Part shown: positions 59,501-64,000 of the stretch, in pieces
Position numbering within the stretch: the stretch's first letter is position 1
Layout of the letters: each line of letters opens with the position of its first letter
From: Podarcis melisellensis
Taxonomy: Eukaryota
Assembly (NCBI GenBank): GCA_964234715.1
Contig: OZ174276.1
Length of the DNA: 64,000 nucleotides
Direction: 5' to 3' (one strand)
The notes under the pieces: model-generated
Database searches by the model: none
Seen by the model: the letters and a program-made list of their open reading frames with translations, nothing else
What the model was told of the DNA's origin: nothing
Made by a program: the position numbers and the translations under genes

Positions 59501-62500
59501 ATGAGAACAGAAATTGTGCTCCGGCGGCGTGGTGGCAGCAGGAGGCCCCATTAGCTAAAGTGGTGCTTCAGGTTAAGAACACTTTCAGGTTAAGAACGGA
59601 CCTCTGGAATGAATTAAGTACTTAACCCGAGGTACCACTGTAGTTGCCTTCTGAATGGATTTTGTTCTGCTTCATAAGGATGAAAACTCACATTTGCAAG
59701 GTCCAATGTAGTCCAGGTGGAGCTTGTGTCCTTTCTTGGTTCCCTCCAAAGTGCATTTGGTGGCAAAGAAGTGGCAAGAGGTGTCATAGGTCTTGTTGTC
59801 AGTGCCACATACCTTTGTGAAAAGGGTTAGTTGCATTAGAAAGATGAAGTGCTCAAATGCAGCATGGATCTATCTTTCTCCCCATCTAGGACAACATCAG
59901 TAACCTTCCAGAGCTAGACAAGCTCAAATGTCTATTAGGTATTCATAAAGCCTCTACTTGGCAATCCTTATCCAGCCCATAACTCCACTTTCGATTCATT
60001 TAAGGATTGGACTGCAACCCTGGATTTGATGGGGTCAGCATATATTTGTCACTGCACTCCCAAGTAATTTTCTTTCCTGGCAGCTGCATGTAGATGTTAG
60101 AGTGCCAGGGTCAAGATGGCACTCAACAGGGCAAAGTCCAGGGGGGATGGAGCTGCTGTCCTCCAGTAATGCCCTTGGCACTGACCCATCAGGTAGGGGA
60201 AGAACTATTGTTAGACAGGGCCTCTCACTCCATGTGTCATGGGCTGTTGAGGAAGACTTGATAGTCAGTTGTATTTAACAAAACCACTGAAAGATTCAGA
60301 AGAATGACAAGCTGCACTCATTCTGTCCAGTGGCATGGTGGCCACTCACATATCTTTCTCAGTAATTCCTGCAGCTTCCTTTCATGCAGCTGGGCTGGAT
60401 GACGTGGCTATTTACCAAACTTGCAAAACACCCTTCATTGGTAGCATGGTACTTAACTATGTGATATGCCCTAACCAGAAGTTACAGGTGTTACTGGGAG
60501 AAACCTCAGAGATGCATCAGCTGCTATGCTAAAGCTAAGATATAACTGAGGCTATAAGCAATCACTGTTCCCAAGACCTCCACTTTCGTCAGTTTGCTCT
60601 GTTGGCCTGACTTCACTCATCTTCTCTGCTCACCTTCTCAAACACTGCAGTGCTGGCTGGGCAGCTGGAAGGATCCTGGCACACACACATAGGGGTGTTG
60701 TTTTCATCCAGTTCACAGACTTTGCCATGCTTGCAGTGATAGTTCTGGCAAGGATCTAAGCGAGACCAGGGAAAAAAGCAATTTTTGAAGCCAAAACAGT
60801 GTCAGTGGTTCCTCAGTATAAAAAGAAAACCCTGGAAAACTAGCCATGGAGAGATATACTCAGCCTTTTCACCAACAGTAGTGTCTGAGCCGTCCAGCAT
60901 AGTGTTTGCTTGGCTCATCAGATGTAACATATTTATTTTATGGAGCAAGGCATATAGTCCAATAGTCTATGTTTGTCTCTAACTAGGGCAGCACAGGAAT
61001 AACCAGAACTCCTTAACTGATGTATTGGAGTTAAGTTGCAAGTGTCAGCATTCTCTTCTGAAAGAGTGATACCTTACTGCCACCATCTAATGTACTTCAA
61101 ATCTTTCCCAAGCCTAAAAAACAGATAGATATCTGGAAACACACTCTGCATGGCTGAAATTGAGTGAGAACCGGCCACAGAGGGAGCATGCGGTTCACAG
61201 ACCATTTCCTTCCCTCTGTGGTCCTTTAAAGTGATACCCCTTGCAACTTAAAGCAGCCTATGGAGAGAGTTGATGCTGTTGGGTCTTCAGGGTGTAAGAT
61301 TATGAGGGCGGGACTTAAATGACAGTAGCAAGAAACATCATGTGGCATGAGCATACCAGGGCTGCTGCAGCAACCCCTTTTCTTCAGTTTTTTGCATTTC
61401 TATAAAATATGCATTCTTATATACAGGGCTGGTCCACCCTTGAGGCAAGGTGAGGCAACCGCCTCAGGTGGCAGGATGTCAGGTGCCAAAATGTTTTGGG
61501 CTGGCCCTGCTTATATTATGTGTACATATAAAACATTGCATGTCTGCAGGTTTAAAGTATAATATCCAGAGTACTGCTTACTTTCAGCAACAATCTCCTC
61601 CACATCCACAGTGGGCTCTTCAAACTCTCCAACCTCCACCTGAACAGGGTTGATACCCACAGGTTCCTGGGAAGAGAGGTGGAATAAGGTCAGTTATTGT
61701 TGTGTTCTGGTTGATGACAACCTGGAAACCTTTTGTGACATAGAAACCATACCCACTAAAATAGGCTGTTCAAAGAGAGACTCACAGCCTTAGGAAGCCA
61801 AAGGTCAGGGAAATGTCTCTAGAGTTAATTTCCTTTCATGAAAGAAGAGCCAACTTGAGGTATTATTATTAATAATAATTAAATTTCTATACAGCCCTTC
61901 GCCTGAAGATTACAGGGTGGTTGAAAATGCATAATAACAAACAAAAACAACACCCCCTCCAATTTAAAAGGCCATAGATTGTGTTATTAGACAAAGGCCT
62001 GGGAGAAGAGGAATGTTTCTGCCTGGCACCTGAAGATATGTAACAAAGGTGCCAGGCAAGTCTCCCTGGGGAGAGTATTCCACAAATGGGGAACCACCAC
62101 AGAAATGGCCCATTCTCATGTTGCCACCATCTGGCCTCTCATGAAGGAGGCACACAAAGAAGGGCCTCAGATGATGATCTGGTTTGGTTCATATGGGGAG
62201 AGGTGGCCCTTGAGGTATTTAGTATACTAAATGCCAATAGTGAGTTCATACTCTAAAATGTAGCCAAATAGCACAGGAATCTTTGAGGAAGATTTGGAGA
62301 AGCACAATTTTTAGTGAACTATAAAAGCAGGGGAGGGGACTCTTGAGCAATTCAGTGAGGACTGAACATGCTCAATGGGCACAACTGGTTGTTGTGGGTG
62401 GAGGATAACAGAAAACAGGGTGGGGAGGGGAAATGGAACGGAATGGGGTGTCCTAGGAGAGGTATGGCTGACTGGTGGCTAGCTGGAACCCTGAACAAGA

Positions 62501-63933
62501 GCACTTCACACTGTGACTGAGTTACAGGCCCCACCTCTCAACAGTGCTTCCAGCTGCAGTTCCGTTCCTCTTCTGATCACCCTTAAATTTCAAGCAAGCC
62601 GTCTGAAAGCTCTTAACTCATAATAAAATGAATAAAAAGACCAATCTTGAGAAATGGTGGTCTGAAGCAACTATCTCCAGAAGGATAGCTGTGTTAGTTT
62701 GTTTTAGCAAAAAAAAAAAAAAACAGCAAAGAGTCTCGAGGTACCTAAAGACTAACATATTTATTATGGCGTAAGCAGATTGCAGTCCATTGAACGTATA
62801 TGCCATAGAAAATGTGTTAGGTTGCTTCCAGACTACCTGTTTGCTGAGCATCCATCCCAATTTGTTTGGGTGGTGGTCATACAACTTCCCATCAGTCGTT
62901 ATCCCACCTCTTCCAATGCATCTGCTCCCACAAAGCACATAAAAAGGGGGGTATTGCATCAACTCGTACCTCTATTGTAGGGTCCTCTACTACTTCCATC
63001 TCCTCTGGTAGAGCATCCTGCTGCAAGGAAGAAATAAGGAAGTCAGGTGTGGATGTGTCTCCCATCCTAGCTCTACTGCAGGGTTTCCCTCAACCTTGTG
63101 CCTGAAGCTCCACTCCTACTGCAGTGACCAAACACACACATGTACAAAGCTCCTCTGCCACCCTACCCAAGTGCTGCAACCAGCAGGAAGAAAGTGTGAG
63201 ACCTTCTGCATAATGCTCCCCTTTGCCACAGTTAGAACCTAGCAGGCCCCACTGAAGTCTGTGGAACTCCTTGCCTTGCTTTGGAATGCGGTATTGCCGT
63301 ATCTCATTCCTTAATAGACTTGAAGCCACTCAAGTATTCTTGGCCCAATTTTATTTAAAACATATACACACTTAGAATTCAAAGAGTTAAAGTCCGCGAA
63401 TTCCTGTTGCTCACTAACTTGGGCACCACCCAATGGACTTTGCCAGCAACACTTACAGCACACCTGTCCCTAAGGCGCAGTTTTGGCAGTGACTTTGAAA
63501 AGAATCAAACTTTTGAATATAGTCATCTGAGAAGGATGGATTTTGGCATGTATACATCCATGCTTGTTCTGACTTAGCCTGAGTTCACACAGCAATTTAT
63601 TCCATTTCCCTAACTGCAGCCAATCAGAATCTGCCATTTGGTTTCTGAATGTTTTGGAAGTCAAACGGACTTCTGGAATGGCTTCCATTCGACTTCCAAG
63701 GTACTGTACCTTGTTCGACTTCCAAGGTCAAAATGCGGCAATCCTTTTGTTGTATGTTGGCCCTGAAACTCACCTTTCTCATGCCTTGCCCAATGGCAAT
63801 CCTATAGCAGGAGGGGCAGAAATTCATTCTAGGAAACAGGTTTTAAAATTTTATTTGATCCCATTTCAATACTTACCGGTGCTGCCAGGGCCTTGCCTGC
63901 CAGGCAGAAGAGGAAGAAAATCCAGGCCCGCAT
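53497..63933 (-). CDS. SPARC: SPARC/osteonectin, complete spliced CDS (9 coding exons, 298 aa)
   Basis: Exons of 57+51+85+122+121+134+149+149+29 = 897 nt splice in frame at GT-AG sites to [53 protein letters not shown]...[29 protein letters not shown]...[15 protein letters not shown]...[13 protein letters not shown]...[30 protein letters not shown]. This is signal peptide, acidic domain, follistatin/Kazal domain and EF-hand EC domain. Confidence 0.99.
54787..54935 (-). CDS. SPARC: SPARC gene exon 9 ([49 protein letters not shown])
   Basis: ttcag|GTATCT ... GGAGA|gtaagt; 149 nt; canonical EF-hand 2 [12 protein letters not shown]. Confidence 0.98.
56136..56284 (-). CDS. SPARC: SPARC gene exon 8 ([16 protein letters not shown]...[13 protein letters not shown])
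   Basis: gaatag|GTGAAA ... GATGG|gtatgt; 149 nt; start of EF-hand 1. Confidence 0.98.
56946..57079 (-). CDS. SPARC: SPARC gene exon 7 ([44 protein letters not shown])
   Basis: tttcag|TCATT ... CTCAGG|gtgagc; 134 nt. Confidence 0.98.
59415..59640. mobile_element. Tigger/mariner-type MITE in SPARC intron 6
   Basis: TA-CAGTGGTACCTCGGGTTA...TAACCCGAGGTACCACTG-TA; same family as 10884-11114 in reverse orientation; ~50 nt from the exon 6 donor. Confidence 0.92.
59692..59812 (-). CDS. SPARC: SPARC gene exon 6 (Kazal module [40 protein letters not shown])
   Basis: ttttcacaaag|GTATGT ... AAAT|gtgagt; 121 nt; N-glycosylation sequon NKT and KGHK motif. Confidence 0.98.
60634..60755 (-). CDS. SPARC: SPARC gene exon 5 (follistatin EGF-like module [14 protein letters not shown]...FEK)
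   Basis: cttag|ATCCT ... GAGAAG|gtgagc; 122 nt. Confidence 0.98.
61582..61666 (-). CDS. SPARC: SPARC gene exon 4 ([28 protein letters not shown])
   Basis: ctcttcccag|GAA ... GAAA|gtaagc; 85 nt. Confidence 0.97.
62672..62777 (-). mobile_element. Penelope-like terminal fragment in SPARC intron 3
   Basis: gatagctgtgttagtttg...gagtctcgaggtacctaaagactaac...tggcgtaagc, similar in layout to the 29285 element. Confidence 0.6.
62970..63020 (-). CDS. SPARC: SPARC gene exon 3 ([17 protein letters not shown])
   Basis: Acceptor ttcttccttgcag|CAG; donor GAG|gtacga; 51 nt, phase 0; acidic domain. Confidence 0.93.
63877..63933 (-). CDS. SPARC: SPARC coding exon 1 (gene exon 2; signal peptide [19 protein letters not shown]); exon starts at 63946 with 13 nt 5' UTR
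   Basis: Acceptor ctctccag|acttcaaacaaagATG; donor CCG|gtaagt. Confidence 0.97.
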
Positions 63934-64000
63934 CTTTGTTTGAAGTCTGGAGAGAGAAGAGGAAACATTTGACTTATATTTGGGTGGGGATTGAGTATTG

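Noticed and set aside
59813-60633. Possible U12-type intron (close CTAAC branch-like motif, short pyrimidine tract)
   Set aside because: The donor is GTGAGC, not the U12 GTATCCTT consensus

Overview
Vertebrate genomic DNA from a squamate reptile, most likely a lacertid lizard (Sauria SINE and Squam3-type SINEs, BovB/RTE, L1, L2, CR1, Penelope, Tc1/pogo and hAT MITEs). It has three N gaps (2319-2472, 24297-24426, 33495-33637). The only protein-coding gene I can support is SPARC (osteonectin) on the minus strand. Its nine coding exons run from ATG 63933 to TAA 53497, all introns are GT-AG, and the CDS is 897 nt (298 aa). The non-coding first exon lies beyond the right edge. Its 3' UTR has two AATAAA signals and four miR-29 seed sites. 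Bases 1-345 are a CpG island next to a (TG)15(AG)24 repeat; by vertebrate synteny this is probably the FAT2 promoter/first exon (inference only). The ~52 kb between is intergenic and repeat-rich. The most notable non-genic signal is an apparently intact minimal type-I hammerhead ribozyme in a Penelope-like insertion (29334-29377, minus), with decayed relatives elsewhere. I found no wholly new system; the findings are known element classes in configurations worth testing. All calls are by eye and from recalled consensus sequences, with no database search.
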